In this document: positions 11,476 to 25,744 of the stretch, piece by piece
How positions within the stretch are numbered: the first letter of the stretch is position 1
Layout: each line of letters opens with the position of its first letter
Source of the DNA: Dictyostelium discoideum
Lineage: Eukaryota
DNA length: 64,000 bases
Assembly: GCA_000004695.1 (NCBI GenBank)
Contig: CM000150.2
Span: 1,920,001-1,984,000 of the forward strand
Direction: 5' to 3'
The notes under the pieces: generated by a model
Databases searched by the model: none
Told to the model about the DNA's origin: nothing
What the model saw: only the letters and a program-made list of their open reading frames with translations
Made by a program: the position numbers and the translations under genes

Positions 11476-13597
11476 ATGAGTGAAAATAATGAAAATGAAG
11501 AGCAATTAAATAAAAAAAGGGAAACATCCACTTCTAATGATGAAGATGTTGATAAAATTAATAATAAAAAATTAAAATCAAAAACTAAAGGTAAACTATT
11601 ATTTTTTTAATTAATATATATATAGTAAAAAACAAATACAAAGTATTAAAATTATACTAATTAAATAATTTTATTTTTATTTTTATTTTTATTTTCATTT
11701 TTATATATATATATAGAATTACCATTTGAACAGTTATATTTAGATAGGTTACCAAATTCTTTAATGTATGAAAAAAGTTTTATGCATAAAGATATTTGTA
11801 CATTTATAGCTGTTAGTAAATCAGACTTTATAGTTAGTACAGATATATTAGGATATGTTAAATTTTGGAAGAAACAACCTATTGGTATTGAATTTGTTAA
11901 AACATTTAAATCACATGTTGGACCAGTTTCATCACTTTCAATATCATTCGATGGTCAATTATTATGTACAGTTGGATTTGATAAAAATGTTAGAATATTT
12001 GATATTAAAAATTTTGATCTTATAAATTCATTTAAAGTACCTTTCTTACCATTAACTTGTGAATGGGTTTATGGTGTAAATTCAAGTAAAACCTTAATTG
12101 CAATGTAAGTGTAGTTTTTCAAATAATATATACATATATATTTTTATATATAAAGTAAATTATTAATTTTTATATATGTATATTATTTATAGATCATCAA
12201 GAGAATCATCAATAATTAATTTATATGATTCAAAATCAGATGATACAAGTGGTAAACCATTACATATTGTTGAATTACATAATAAAAGTGTACATTTAAT
12301 TAAATTTAATCAACAATTTCAAAGTGTAATTAGTTGTGATATTGGTGGGTCTGTTGAATATTGGGATATTGAGGAACCATTTGATCAACCGACAAATGTT
12401 AATTTTCAAATGAAATTAGAGACAGATTTATATGATTTTGAAAAACAATCAACATTGCCAATTAGTTTAGAGATAAGTGGTGATGGTAAATATTTATCAA
12501 CTATGGGTAGAGATAAAAAGATTAGAATATTCAATTATAAGAGCGGTAAATTGTATAGAGTGTACGATGAATCGTTTGCAGTGTTACAACAAATTCAAAA
12601 GACAGAAGACCCAATTTACCATTTAGATTACGCTGATTTCGGTAGAAGATTAGCCATTGAGAAAGAGATTGATACAATGTACGATCAATTTTTAAATAAC
12701 ATAACAAGCAAGCAATCACCACCTTTGAATTCCATATTATTCGATGAGAGTAATAACTTTTTAATTTATTCAACATTGGTTGGTATAAAATTTGTAAATA
12801 TTAAAACCAATAAAGTTGTAAGAGTTTTAGGTAAAATTGAAAATTCAACTAGATTCTTAGGCTTGTCGCTATACCAAGGGAAGAATGAGGGTGATGTTAC
12901 ATTGGGTACTAAAAAGAGGGATACGGAAAATGACCCAACCTTGTTTTGTCTATCTTTTAAGAAACAAAGATTCTACATGTTCACAAGAAGAGAGCCAGAG
13001 GATAACGATAACCCAGATTATGGTAGAGACGTGTTTAATGAGAAAGTCACAAAAGATGAACAATTACTCATACAAAATGCTCAAAGACAGTTGCCAAGGA
13101 ATGCTATCATTCATACGAGTTTGGGTGACATTCATATCATGTTGTATCCTGACGAGTGTCCAAAAACTGTTGAGAATTTTACAACTCATTCAAAGAATAA
13201 TTATTATAATGGTGTGATTTTTCATCGTGTTATCAAGGGTTTCATGATTCAAACTGGTGATCCTCAAGGAACAGGTTACGGTGGTGACTCCATTTGGAAG
13301 AAAGAATTTGAAGATGAATTCAATCGTAACTTACGTCATGATAGACCTTTCACCCTTTCAATGGCAAATGCTGGTCCAAATACAAATGGTAGTCAATTCT
13401 TTATTACAACTGTACCTGTCACTCGTTTAGATAATAAACATACTGTATTTGGTCGTGTATATAAAGGTACTGAAGTTGTAACTGCAATTGAAAAATCAAA
13501 AACTGATCAAGATGATAAACCTTTAAATGATATTTCAATCTTAAATATTAAAATTACTCAAGATGTTCCTCTTGAATTTCAAAATAAAAAAATTTAA
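11476..13597 (+). CDS. PPWD1-like peptidyl-prolyl isomerase: WD40 repeats plus a C-terminal cyclophilin domain. CDS join(11476..11590,11717..12104,12193..13597).
   Basis: Exon 1 (MSENNENEEQLNKKRETSTSNDEDVDKINNKKLKSKTK) ends at the GTAAAC donor. Exon 2 (ELPFEQLYLDRLPNSLMYEKSFMHKD...TLIAI) ends at GTAAGT. Exon 3 carries the cyclophilin core HTSLGDIHIMLYPDECPKTVENF...GTGYGGDSIWKKEFEDE...FTLSMANAGPNTNGSQFFITT...HTVFGRV. The splice phases check out (115, 388 and 1405 nt). Confidence 0.85.
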
Positions 13598-13685
13598 AAT
13601 TTTTTAATTCCTGGATGGGGTTATTTTTTTTTTTTTTTTTTTTTTGGATTTAAACTCATTTTAATACAAATAAATAATTTAATCC

Positions 13686-13718
<33 letters not shown>

Positions 13719-14148
13719 ATAATTTAAAATTAATAATCATCTATTTTTTATCTTTTTTTTTTTGGTTTTTTTTTTTTTGAATATATAGATAATTTGAACA
13801 ATAATTTAGAATTATAGTAAGTGGTAGTTTACATATGAAAACCATTAGTGTTTCAAAATTAAAAAAGGAGAATAAAAAATAAATAAAAAAAAAATAAAAA
13901 AAGTGAAAACACACAACAATTTAAATATTTAAAATCCACTGTTTTTTTTAAATTTATTTTTTTTATTTTAATTTTTTAAATTGATTTTTTTTTAAGATCT
14001 TTTTTTTTTGTTTTTTAATTTTTTTTTTTTATTTTTTATTTTTTTTTTTTTTTTTTTTAGATATTCAATAATTAAAAAAAAAAAAAAGAATTAATTGTAA
14101 TTTTCAAATAATTAATTTTTAAAATAAAAATAAATTCAAAAAGATATT

Positions 14149-14181
<33 letters not shown>

Positions 14182-14862
14182 TATGTAATCACGAAAATAC
14201 CCAAAAATATTACCAAACTTTGTCCATAAACCTAAAAAACAGATATTTTTTTTTTATCTATTTTTAAAAAAAGATATACCTTTTTTTTTTAATTAAAAAA
14301 AATGTTTAGAAAAAAAAAAAAAAAAAAATTAAAAACCGAGATAATTTCTGTGATTCTCGAAAAAAATAATAAAAATAATAATACAAAAAGAAACTTCATG
14401 GAAAAAAAAGAAAAAAGAAAAAAGAAAATCTAATATCCTACACACGACAGTTCATAATTATAGTGCAATTGCAAAATAAAAAAATCGGTTAGGGGTGGAT
14501 AATTAAATAATCAAAAAAAAAAACAATTTTTAAAAAAAAAAATAAAAAAATTAAAAATTCGTGTGTGTAACTGACAACAAATCATTCTTAAAAAAAAAAT
14601 AAAAAATAAAAAATATCATTGCATGTGAATATGATAACTAAAAAAAAAAAACTTCCTTAATTAATTTTTTTTATTTTTTTATTTTATTTTTTTTTTTTAA
14701 AAAATATTAAAATATTATAAGAATATTTGTCGTTATCGTCCGTTGAAGTTTTTTTTTGGAATATTTTTTATTATTTTTCATTTTAAAACATTTTTTTTTA
14801 TTTTTTTTTTTTAATCTTTAAACAAAAATCCTAACTGGTATTGTGATATCTATAGCGTTGTG

Positions 14863-14905
<43 letters not shown>

Positions 14906-15491
14906 TAGATTTTTTTTTTTTTTTTTTTTTTTCCTTAAATTATTCTTGTATCATTCCGACCAATAATTAAATACAACAATTATTATATTTCAAGTTTTAT
15001 ATATATTTTTTGTGTATTTTTTTGTTTGTCCATTCATCCACCAATCAATAATAATTAAATATTAAATAAATCCAACTTCTTTTTTTTTTTATTTTTATTT
15101 TTTAAAATTAAATTTAAAAAAAAAAAAAAAAGATTCATAGTTTTATTAATAACTAATTATTAAATAAAAAAAAAAAAAAAAAAAAAAATTAAAAAATAAA
15201 AAAAAAAAGTAAAAATATATAATTAAATAATTATAATTAAATTATTTTTATTTAAAAAAAAAAAAAAAAAAAGTATCACTACATTCTATAACAATTTTTT
15301 TTTTTTGTATCATTATCTAAACAAATTAAATTTTATATATTTTTTTTCTTTTTTTTAAAAAATAAATCTTGGAATTAAATAGAAAAAAAAAAAAAAAAAG
15401 AAATTATAAAAAAAAAAAAAAAGAATAAAAAATTAATAACCAACATAATCATAAATTAATAATAACTTATATAACGATAATTTTAACATTA

Positions 15492-16207
15492 TTGTTAATT
15501 TCCAAAGTGGCATCTTTCATATCATTTTTTAACTCCTTTGGTGGGGCATTCAAAAAAAATAATAATAATAATAATAACAATAATAATAATAATAACAACA
15601 ACAATAATAGCAATAATAATAATAATAATAGAAAATCATTAACTAGTAGTACTGATAAAAAAAATAAAAATATGTTTAAATATAATCAATTAAAAGATAA
15701 TGTAATTTCAATTGGTACTGAAGAAGTTGGATCAGATTACTTTTGTAATGGAATATCTAAAACCAATAGAGTAGAGATTAATTCTGCAAGTAGTTCAGAT
15801 TCTGATTTCGATGAATTCAATGATAATTCCGATAGTGAAATGGATTCATATCAACCATCATCATCATCAACAATGATGAATAATCCAAGACTTCAACATC
15901 TTACAATGGCTCAACAAAATAGTTTAGTTAATTCAAATGACTTTTTCAAAAGACAAAGATTATTTATTTATTTACCAAATTTTCCAGAAGAAATTAAATT
16001 ACAAATTTTCTCACATTTATCTGCTTCAGATTTAGTTTCCATTTCTTTAACTTGTAAAACCTATTATGCCATTGCCAATGAACGTACTCTTTGGAGAAAT
16101 TTATGTTTTGAAAATACTTGGAAAATTTCAAATTTATATCATCCAACTTTTGATTATAAAAAATATTATTTTGAAAAAAATGCAATTTCTTCAACTAGTA
16201 AGTTTAA

Positions 16208-16242
<35 letters not shown>

Positions 16243-17431
16243 TTAAAATTAAAATTAAAATTATAATATTAATACATTTTATTTTTTATTTTTTATTTTT
16301 TATTTTATTTTAATTAAAAAAAAAGATTCATCAAAATGGGTATCACCAAAATTTTTTGGATCATTACCAAGTAAAAGATTTAAACATACTGCTACATATG
16401 TAAATGGTAAAATTATATTTATTGGTGGTCAAGAATCTGATCAAAAGAGATTTAATGATGTTATAAGTTATGATACCAAATCACAAACATTTACGGAAAT
16501 TAATACTAAAGGAGATACTGTACCAAAGTTTTCAAGACATTCAGCATCTTCGATTGGTGAAAAAGTTTATATTTTCGGTGGTTTCGATGGATTTGGTACA
16601 AATTTTAATTTAGCCATTTATAATACAGAAAGTCGAGTTTGGACAAATATTCCAAATAATTTCTTAAAGGGAAAAGTTCCAGTTAGTCGTACCAATCATT
16701 CATCAGCAGTGGTTGGTAAAAATGTATATATTTTCGGTGGTAATAATAATGATGAAAATGGACAATACCAAGTATTGGATGATTTACATTGTTTAAATAC
16801 TGAAACACTTACATGGACTAAATTGGAGGGTAATCTAGTACAAGGTACTAAACCATGTGCTCGTAGTGGTCATTGTATGACTGCTATTGGCAATAAATTG
16901 TATTTATTTGGTGGTGGCGTTTGGAATCATTCAAATGGTTGGGTTGAAAAGTTTAATGATATTCATGTATTCGATACTGAAACAAATACTTGGAGTAAAC
17001 CAATCGTTCAAGGTGAGGTCCAAACTAGCACATTTGCAATCTCTTTCAATGTTGGCCGTTATCTCTTTATCTTTGGTGGTGGTAGTAAACCGAAACATTG
17101 TGTCACTAACGATATATACGTTTTAGATACTGAAACTTTCTTTTGGTCAATTCCTTCCATTCAAGAACCACGTCCACCTGCTAGAGATATGGGTACCGCT
17201 TGTGTTGCTGATGGTGATGTTTATTTCATGGGTGGCTATGATGGTGCTCCAATAAATTATTTCAACAAATTGAAATTTAATTTTAAAGTTTTATCCGATT
17301 TAGCTTCACAACAAAAAATTAATAATAATAATATAAATAATAATAATAATAATAATAATAGCAATAACAAACTATTTAATTCACAATCACTATATCAACA
17401 ATCACAAAATAAGAAATATTCATTTTTTTAG
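15492..17431 (+). CDS. F-box / Kelch-repeat protein. CDS join(15492..16197,16326..17431).
   Basis: The F-box is LPNFPEEIKLQIFSHLSASDLVSISLTCKTYYAIANERTLWRNLCF. A 128-nt intron runs from GTAAGT to AAAAAG. Exon 2 contains repeated Kelch-type blocks (VYIFGG, LYLFGGG, YLFIFGGG, VYFMGGYDG). Phase-1 splicing restores the frame of ORF 16709-17431. The exact start Met is uncertain. Confidence 0.75.
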
Positions 17432-17905
17432 TTTTCCTTTATTTAATTATATTTAGTATTACAAAAAAAAAAACAATCTAAAAATAAAAAAAAAAAAAAA
17501 AAATAAAAAAAAAAAAATAAAAATCTTGATTTTTTAAAAAAAAAAAAAAAAGAACATAGTCTAAAATAATAAAAACAAAAAAGGTCAAAATATTATTTAA
17601 ATCATTCCTTTGGATAATTTAGATTTTTAATAAATTAATTTTATTTATTTTATTTTTTTTATTCATTTATTTCATTTAAAAAAAAAAAAAAAAAAAAAAT
17701 TAGATTGAGGTTTCAAAAAAAAAAAAAGAATAGTATTATCATTTCATTTAAATGAATTCTTGGATAATTTAGATTTTTAATAAATAAATTTTATTTGGGA
17801 GGTTTTTTTTTTTTTTTTTTTTTTTTTATTTTTTTTTTATTTTTTTTTTTTCTATTCATTTTCATTAATTTCATTTCATTAAAAAAAAAAAAAAAAAAAA
17901 AAACG

Positions 17906-18091
17906 ATGGAGGTTTCAAAAAAAAGAGTAGTATTATCATTATATCGAGAATTAATTTATTATTCAAAACTAATTACAAATAAAGAAGAAAAAATATCAAA
18001 ATTAAATTTAATTAAAAGTACATTTAAAAAGAATAAATCAATACCTGAAACTGAAACTGAAAAAATTGATAAATTAATAGAAGGTAATTTA

Positions 18092-18130
<39 letters not shown>

Positions 18131-18403
18131 ATATTATCATATTATTAATCTAATTTTTTAAAAAAATAAAAAAAAAAAAAAGATGGACAAAAGAAATTAA
18201 GTTTTTTAAAGATTATGACACCAAGAGAATTTGCAAAATCATATAAAACAACAGGTGTATATAGATTTGAAGATGGGAAATGGATTGAAGGTAATGAAGA
18301 AAAGAAATCAAAGAGACAATATTTGGATCATGGTATTGATATAATGGATCTTAGAAGACACAATCATTTAGTTAAAAGAATGCAATTCTTAGATAGACGT
18401 TAA
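17906..18403 (+). CDS. LYR-motif (Complex1_LYR / LYRM5-ETFRF1-like) small protein. CDS join(17906..18083,18183..18403).
   Basis: The sequence MEVSKKRVVLSLYRELIYYSKLI contains the L-Y-R triad. A 99-nt intron (GTAATT...AAAAAG) is required because its length is divisible by 3 and both exons sit in the same genomic frame. The spliced product is 132 aa. Confidence 0.55.
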
Positions 18404-18532
18404 ATATAATAATATTAATAATAATAATAATATAAAGTTTTAAAATAAAATTACCAATAATATTCTGTACATATAAATTTTTTTTTATTTTTTTTTATTT
18501 GTAAATTACAATTGTTTAATTTTGTTTTTATT

Positions 18533-20644
18533 TTATTTTTTCTTTGATAAAATTTTATCAATTTTTGATTTAACAGTTTCATTTGCTTTTTCAGAGATAT
18601 CAATTAAATTTGGATTTGGACGTTGTTTCTTTGGTGTTGTTTCATCTTTATTTTTTGTTGGTGGTTTATAAAGTGGTGTACCAATTAATACTGGACTTGA
18701 TATGATTCTTTTTTTTGGTGTTACATTATTGTTACTATTTTTATCTTCTTCTTCTTGTTGTTGTTGTAGTTGTTCTTGTACTTTTTTTTTATCATCTTCA
18801 TTTAAGATTTCACCAGTTATATCATCACGTGGTATGATTTTACCATGAAATGGACAAATCTCTTTATCTCTTCTTTGACAAAGGCTACCATTTTTCAAAG
18901 GGAAATTACAAGCCATAGAAGGTGTTGTATCAACTTCATCCTCTAATGTATAGGTTACTTGATTAAGTTTATTATAATTTTCAATTGAAATTGTCGCTTC
19001 ACTACCTTCACCCAAGAATCTATGTTCTCTATTGATACCAGTATCCAACACAATCTCTTTTTGACCCCAAAATAATAAAGTTGGATCCATTGGTACAATT
19101 GGAGCACGTTTTAATAAATCTTCAACTGATTCTTCCTCTGGTAAATCTTCAACACTAACTGGTTTAATATCACGTTTATAATATGGTTTATAAATTATTC
19201 CTTCATCTGTTGTAGTTGTAGTAGTAGTTGTAGTTGTAGTTGTAGTAGTTTTGTTTTCATTATTTTCATCTTCAATTGATTGTTCACCAGTATACTCTTC
19301 CATTTCTATACCTTCAAATTCATCAATTTCTTCTTCATTTTCTTGATTATTATTTTGATTATCAATATTTTTAAATGGTAAAACATCAATATCCTTACTC
19401 TTTGCTTTAATATCATTAATATTTTGTTGAAGTGTTATTACATGTCTAAGATGAGAAGAATATTCAGTATCTGATTGTGTATTAATATTAATTTTAATTA
19501 ATGTTGAATACCAATCATTTACAACCAAGTTTTGATATCTTTCCAACTCTGTCACCAATTCACTTAATTGTTTAACTTTAATTTCATCCAAATTCTCTTT
19601 TGTATCTTCTGGATCAATTGATACATCAATTGCATAACTCATACTACCAAAACCACCTTCTTTAACAATATTTGAATTATCAATTCTTTCCTCTTCTTCT
19701 TCCTCTTCCTCCTCTTCATTGTTTGTATCTTTTTCTTTTTCTTTTTCTTTTTCTATTTCCTCTCCTTGTTGCTTTAAACTTTCTTTATAATCTTCATCAC
19801 TACCAAATAAATCTTCAAAATTTGAAGATGGATCTGGAATCATCTCTTTAAATAAATCTTGCATATCATTTATTATCTTTTGAATTGAATTTGTAATTTC
19901 TAAAAATTCAACTTTAAATTTTTCATATTTTAATTTTAATAAAGCTTGAGTTTTTTCCTAATATAATATAATATAATTAGTAATGGTTAGATTTCAAATA
20001 ATATTATTTTGAATATGTGGGAAAAAAAAATAAAAATAAAAATAATAATTACCTTTCTTTCATTTTCTTCTCTTGTTCTTATTTGAGCTTGAGCTCTAAT
20101 TTCAGGGAAATTTAAATTTAAAGAATTTTTTAAATAGTAATAACCATTTCTTAATAAACTATAATGAGCACCGAATGCTTCATTCCAACGTTCGATATAT
20201 TCTAATGTTTTAGCTTTTAATTGTAATGCACTATTAGTTGGTGGAGGTAGTACATGTCTATTTATACCCAATGTGTATTCAAAGAATACTGATAATACAC
20301 CACATAACAATTCTCTAAAATATTTTGATCTCATAAAAATTTCATTTATTATATTAATTGTTGAAATTCTGACCTTCGGAGAGAGAAAAAAAAAAAAAAA
20401 AAAAAAAATTAATAATTTATATAATATTAATAAAATAAAATTTTTAAAAATAGGTAATATTTACCTGAGAATGTTTAATTTTTAATCTATCAAATAAAAG
20501 ATCGAATGCACTCTTGACATTTGAATTTGATTGTTTTAAAATTAATTTAAATTGTTGAGCATGTTCAGTTGATAATTCAAGTGTACCTGTTGATGTTGCT
20601 GTTTTAATTAAATCGCTTAATTTCTTTCTTGATTCTAAATCCAT
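18533..20644 (-). CDS. uvssA: UV-stimulated scaffold protein A (UVSSA) orthologue. CDS complement(join(18533..19957,20053..20373,20465..20644)).
   Basis: The N-terminal VHS-like region (MDLESRKKLSDLIKTATSTG...) and the LPPPTNSALQLKAKTLEYIERWNEAFGAHYSLLRNGYYYLKNSLNLNF block match human UVSSA [48 protein letters not shown]. The C-terminal zinc-finger block LCQRRDKEICPFHGKIIPRDDITGEIL matches [27 protein letters not shown]. The two introns (91 and 95 nt, GTAAAT/GTAATT donors, pyrimidine-AG acceptors) are both phase 0. Confidence 0.85.
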
Positions 20645-21008
20645 GAATTCACCACAACCAAATGATTTTTTATTAAAAAAAAAAAAAAAAAACGATTTAT
20701 TTATTTTTTTATTTTTTTAATTATTTATTCATAATAAAATCAATAGTAATAACACACTAAAGTTTTATATTATATTATATATTTATTTATATAAATATAG
20801 ATATAGATATTTGAATATTTAAATTAGTGTTGGTGGATATGACGACGTGTAAGGTGTTTGTTTTGACTGTGCAAAAATATTTAATAAATTTTTTTTTTTT
20901 TTTGATTTTCATTTTTTTTATATTTTTTTTTTTATTTTTTTTTTTTTAAATTTTTATTTTATTTTTATTTTTTTTTTTTTTTTAATTTCAACAAAATCAC
21001 AAAGTTTA

Positions 21009-21062
<54 letters not shown>

Positions 21063-21101
21063 TTAATAGCTTTATAATCATATATATATGATAATAAAAA
21101 A

Positions 21102-22283
21102 ATGGTGGTTTTAGCAGCAGCAATTTGTACAAAAAATGGTAAAGCATTATTATCAAGACAATTTTCAGAAATGACAAAGAGTAGAGTCGAAGGTTTATTA
21201 GCAGCATTTCCAAAATTAATTGGATTAGGTAGACAACACACTTTTATCGAAACTGAAAATATCAGATACGTTTATCAACCATTAGAATCATTATATATAG
21301 TTTTAATTACAAATAAAAATTCAAATATTTTGGAAGATCTCGAAACATTACATTTATTAGCAAAATTGGTATGTTGTAAATTTTTTTTAATTTTTTTTTT
21401 TTTCACTTTATAAATAAATAATTATTAATAATATTAATTGTTTTTTTTTTTTTTTTTAAAAAAATAATAAATAGGTGCCAGAATATTCAAATTTTGATGA
21501 ATATGATATTTCAAAGAATGCATTCGAATTAATATTTACATTTGACGAAGTCATTGCAATGGGTTATAAAGAAAGAGTAACACTTCAACAAATTAAACAT
21601 TTCATTTCTATGGAAAGTCATGAAGAAGAAAGATTTAGAATGGAAGAAAAGGTAAAATATTTAAAATTAATTTTGATAATTTTGTATAATAAAAAACCCT
21701 TTATATTTATATATTTTATATATAATATTTGCTTTTTATTAGATTAAACAAAAAGAAGCACAAATTTTAGCATCATCAAAAGCAAAGGAAATTGAAAGAA
21801 TGAGACATGAAGAAATGTTAAGAGGTAAAAGAAGTGGTGGTTATACTGGTATTAGTGGTGGCGGTGGTATGGGTAGTGGTGGTATGGGTAGTAACCAATA
21901 TAGAGATAATGATAGAGATAACTATCATAGCAATAACAACAATAATAACAACAATAACAATAATAATAACAACAACAATAACAACAATAGAGACAGAGAT
22001 AGAGGCGACTCACCAAATACATCAAGACCATCTGCTGCTTCATCAGGTTCACAAGGGGGTATGATATTGGGTGGAAAATCAGGAACAAATAAAAATAGTG
22101 CAATCGCTCAAGTTTTAAAAGAAGAAAAGATCGTTGAAAAAGTTGAAGATGTTGAACAACTTTTAGATTCACAAATTTCACAAATTCCTGAAACTCCAAC
22201 TGTACCACAAGAGGGGTATTTATTTATTTATTAATTTATTAATTTATTTATTTATTTTTTTATTTATAAACTAATATTTTTAT

Positions 22284-22317
<34 letters not shown>

Positions 22318-23114
22318 TATAGTGTTCATATTACAGTTGAAGAATCATTCACTAGTTTTGTTGAAAGTGATGGTACTGTTGAAAGTATTGATATTAAAGG
22401 TGGTTTATCAGTTCAAATTAATGATCAATCACTTGGTAAAGTTAAAGTTAACCTTAAACAAGGTAAACTTTCAAAACAATTCCAATTTATTGTAAGTTAT
22501 TATTATTATTATTAATATAAAATGTGTATATATTTTATTAATTTATTAATTTATTAATTTATTAATTTTTAAAATAGACTCATCCAAATATAGATAAAGC
22601 ATTATTTGGTGAACAATCAGTATTAAGATTAAGAGATGGTGGTAAAGGATTCCCAAGTGGTGGTATATTAAAATGGAGATGTAAAACCAATCAAGAATCA
22701 ATGATGCCAATTAGAGTTAACTGTTGGCCATCACCAGGTAGAGATAGTACCACAGTTAATTTAGAGTATGATAGTTTGGTTGGATATGAATTGAAGAGTG
22801 TATTCATTGTAATTCCAAATCCAACATCGAATGCACCAATCATCAATCAATTCGATGGTCTTTACGAGTATGATAATAAACAAAAATGTGTAATTTGGAA
22901 GATACCTCTTATCGATGATTCAAATAGACAAGGTTCAATGGAATTCAGTGTTAAAGGTAACACTCAATCTTTCTTCCCTGTCAAAATTCAATTCACTGCT
23001 TCTCAAACAATTTGTGATACCACCGTTGGTTCCGTATTTGTTGAAGACTCTAATCAATCAACTAACTTTTCAACTGAAACAACTTTATCAGTTGATACTT
23101 ATGAAATTAAATAA
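21102..23114 (+). CDS. copD: Coatomer subunit delta (ARCN1/delta-COP). CDS join(21102..21368,21475..21651,21743..22215,22323..22491,22578..23114).
   Basis: The N-terminus [90 protein letters not shown] is near-identical to the human delta-COP longin domain. The C-terminal mu-homology domain ends [14 protein letters not shown] (human STETTFLVDKYEIL). All four introns have GTA donors, AG acceptors and consistent phases. Confidence 0.9.
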
Positions 23115-23188
23115 TAATTTAATAATAATTTAATAATAATTTATAATAATTATTAATCATATTATAATATTATCAAAAACAAAAAATA

Positions 23189-23232
<44 letters not shown>

Positions 23233-23353
23233 AAATAAAAGTTATAATGATGTTGTAAAAGAGATATTAAATTTAATAATAATAATTATTATTATATTAA
23301 CTATATATACAAATAAGAGACGTACTCTTTTTTTTTATTATTGTTTATTTTAT

Positions 23354-24470
23354 TTATTTAAATAGTAAACTGAATCTTCTACTTGGTGTTGCTTTATCAG
23401 TCTCTTTAATATTACTATTGTTTGCCGTTGTTGTAGTGGTAGTGGTAGTGGTAGTTGTCGTTGTTGTAGCTGTTGTTGTTGTTGTTGTTGTTGTTAAAGA
23501 ACCAATCGGTGGTGATGAGGGTGTGGGTGGTGATGGTACTATATTGTTATTATTATTATTATTATTAGTATTACTTGGAGGAATTTGTGGAGTTGGTGAA
23601 GATGAATGTATTATTAAATCCATTGGATGATTATATTCATGATTACCAATCGAGTGAAAATGATTATATAAATTTCTTGTACTAATTGGTATATATGATG
23701 ATAATGTTGGTGGATGAATTTCAATATCATCATTATCATCATTATCATTATTATGATGATAACTAAATGACAATAATGAACTTGGTAAATTTGAATTTAT
23801 ATTAAAATCATTTTGATGATGTTGATGTTGGTGTTGGTGTTGATGTTGGTGTTGATGTTGATGTTGGTGTTGATTATTTAAATCATCAGGTGATAAAGTT
23901 GATAATGATAATGATTGAAATATATATGGATTAAAAGTATTTTTAAATTTTAAAAATTCATCATCAACGTAATTTGATTTAAATAATGATTGATCCCTTA
24001 TGATGTATTCTGCACGTTCAATTAGGTCATTCTCTTGTTGAACTTTTGAATGAGTGTAAATACTTCTCATCCAATCTTCCATCTCTGATTTTGAATCGGC
24101 AGAGAATAAATATATTCTATTACTTGTATTAATTTCAAATATATTCTCTTTTTCTGTACAATCACTTTGTTTTATTATACATTGTCTTAGATCAACGAAT
24201 CCACTATGTTTTTCATTGGCTTGTTTATGATAAAATAATTTACTATCTTTTGATAACATACACCATCTTTTTTGCCAACTTTTATTAATTTTACCTTTTT
24301 TATATAAATTACCTGATTTAATTGTTTTCTAAATATATATATATTAAAAATAAAAATAAAAAAATAAAAAAAAATACATAAACATAAATTAATTAGAATT
24401 ATTATTATTATTTTATATAGGTATGTGTAATAAAAAAAATAAAAATTACCTCACCTGGATAATGGTTCAT
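23354..24470 (-). CDS. PH domain-containing protein with an (HQ)n repeat and a poly-Thr tail. CDS complement(join(23354..24328,24450..24470)).
   Basis: A 7-codon first exon (MNHYPGE) is followed by a GTAATT donor and a 121-nt intron. Exon 2 (KTIKSGNLYKKGKINKSWQKRWCMLSKDSKLFYHKQANEKHSGFVDLRQCII...MEDWMRSIY) has the PH-domain pattern. The gene is convergent with copD. Confidence 0.6.
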
Positions 24471-24619
24471 TTTTCATTATTTAATTATTTTTACATAAAA
24501 TTGTATATATAGAGAAAAAAAAAAAAAAAAAAAAAAAAGATATTTTACTGTTGGTCTTGTTATTTATTTTTATTTTTATTTTATTTTTTATTATTTTTTA
24601 TTTTTTTTTCAAAAAATTC

Positions 24620-24650
<31 letters not shown>

Positions 24651-24950
24651 TTCAATGTTCAAAAAAAAAAATTTTAATTAAAAAAAAAATATTTTCATAA
24701 AATAAAGTGTGTTGATTATATAATAACTAAAAATATAATAATATATGTATATTATTATTAATCATTATCTTTTAGATATATCACACCTAATTATATTATT
24801 CAGAAATAATAATAATAACAACACCCAATAATAATAATAAATAATTTTATAAAAGATATTTTTAAAATTAAATATATGTAAATAATATCTTTTTTTTTTG
24901 TTTTTTTTTTTTTCTCAAACAAAAATAATTTAAAAACCATCAACAAAATT

Positions 24951-25713
24951 ATGATGAATCAACAACAACAACAACAACAACCACCAACAACATCACCAAC
25001 GCAACAACAACAATTAACCCAATTACAAACACATCAATATTTTCAAAATAAATTTAAATTATTTTATAAAAGAGAATTAGATGAAGCTGATCCATTAGAA
25101 ATTGTAAGTTTAAATTCTTATTATTAATTAATTTATTAATTTATTAATTTATTAATTTTTTTTTTAATTTATTTTTTAGTATTGGAGAGAATGTTATGAT
25201 AAAATTGAATTATTATTATTAAATAGTTCAGAAGCAGAGATTAATAATTATTTAATTGAAAAATCAGCATCAGTTGAATCAAGTGGAAATAATGATCAAT
25301 CAAATAAATTTCATACAGAAGTTACAATTGGATTTTTATATGCAATTCTTTTAGGATCACCTCAAAACATTGCATTATCGCATCAATATTTTAAATCTTT
25401 AACTTTTTTCACTAAAGATTCATTAGCATTATTTTGTTCATTATTAAAGAAATTAATAGCAGATAAATTTCAAAAATTAAATGATACACCAAGACAACAA
25501 GTGGTTTGGATCATTAATGAATTGATTGCAACCAATCATCAAGATTGTGAATCTGTAACTTCAATCATTTTAAGACATATTTATGGTGGTAATTTCACTT
25601 CAAAAAATTTATCTTTAAGTCATTCAATGTTAAATATGTTTTTAACACATAGGTAAATTAATTAATTAAATTTAAACCTTTATATAAATATATACTAATA
25701 TTAATATTTTATC

Positions 25714-25744
<31 letters not shown>

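Noticed and set aside
12531-13217. ORFs 12531-12776 (-) and 12885-13217 (+) overlapping the PPWD1-like gene.
   Set aside because: They lie entirely inside the well-supported WD40/cyclophilin exon 3 in other frames.
20273-20485. Plus-strand ORF 20273-20485 and minus ORF 20954-21241.
   Set aside because: The first spans the UVSSA intron 1 and exon boundaries on the wrong strand. The second is a poly-Lys translation of an A-run upstream of copD.
21834-22208. ORFs 21834-22064 (+) and 21852-22208 (-) inside coatomer delta exon 3.
   Set aside because: They are alternative-frame translations of the (AAC/AAT)n linker of copD.
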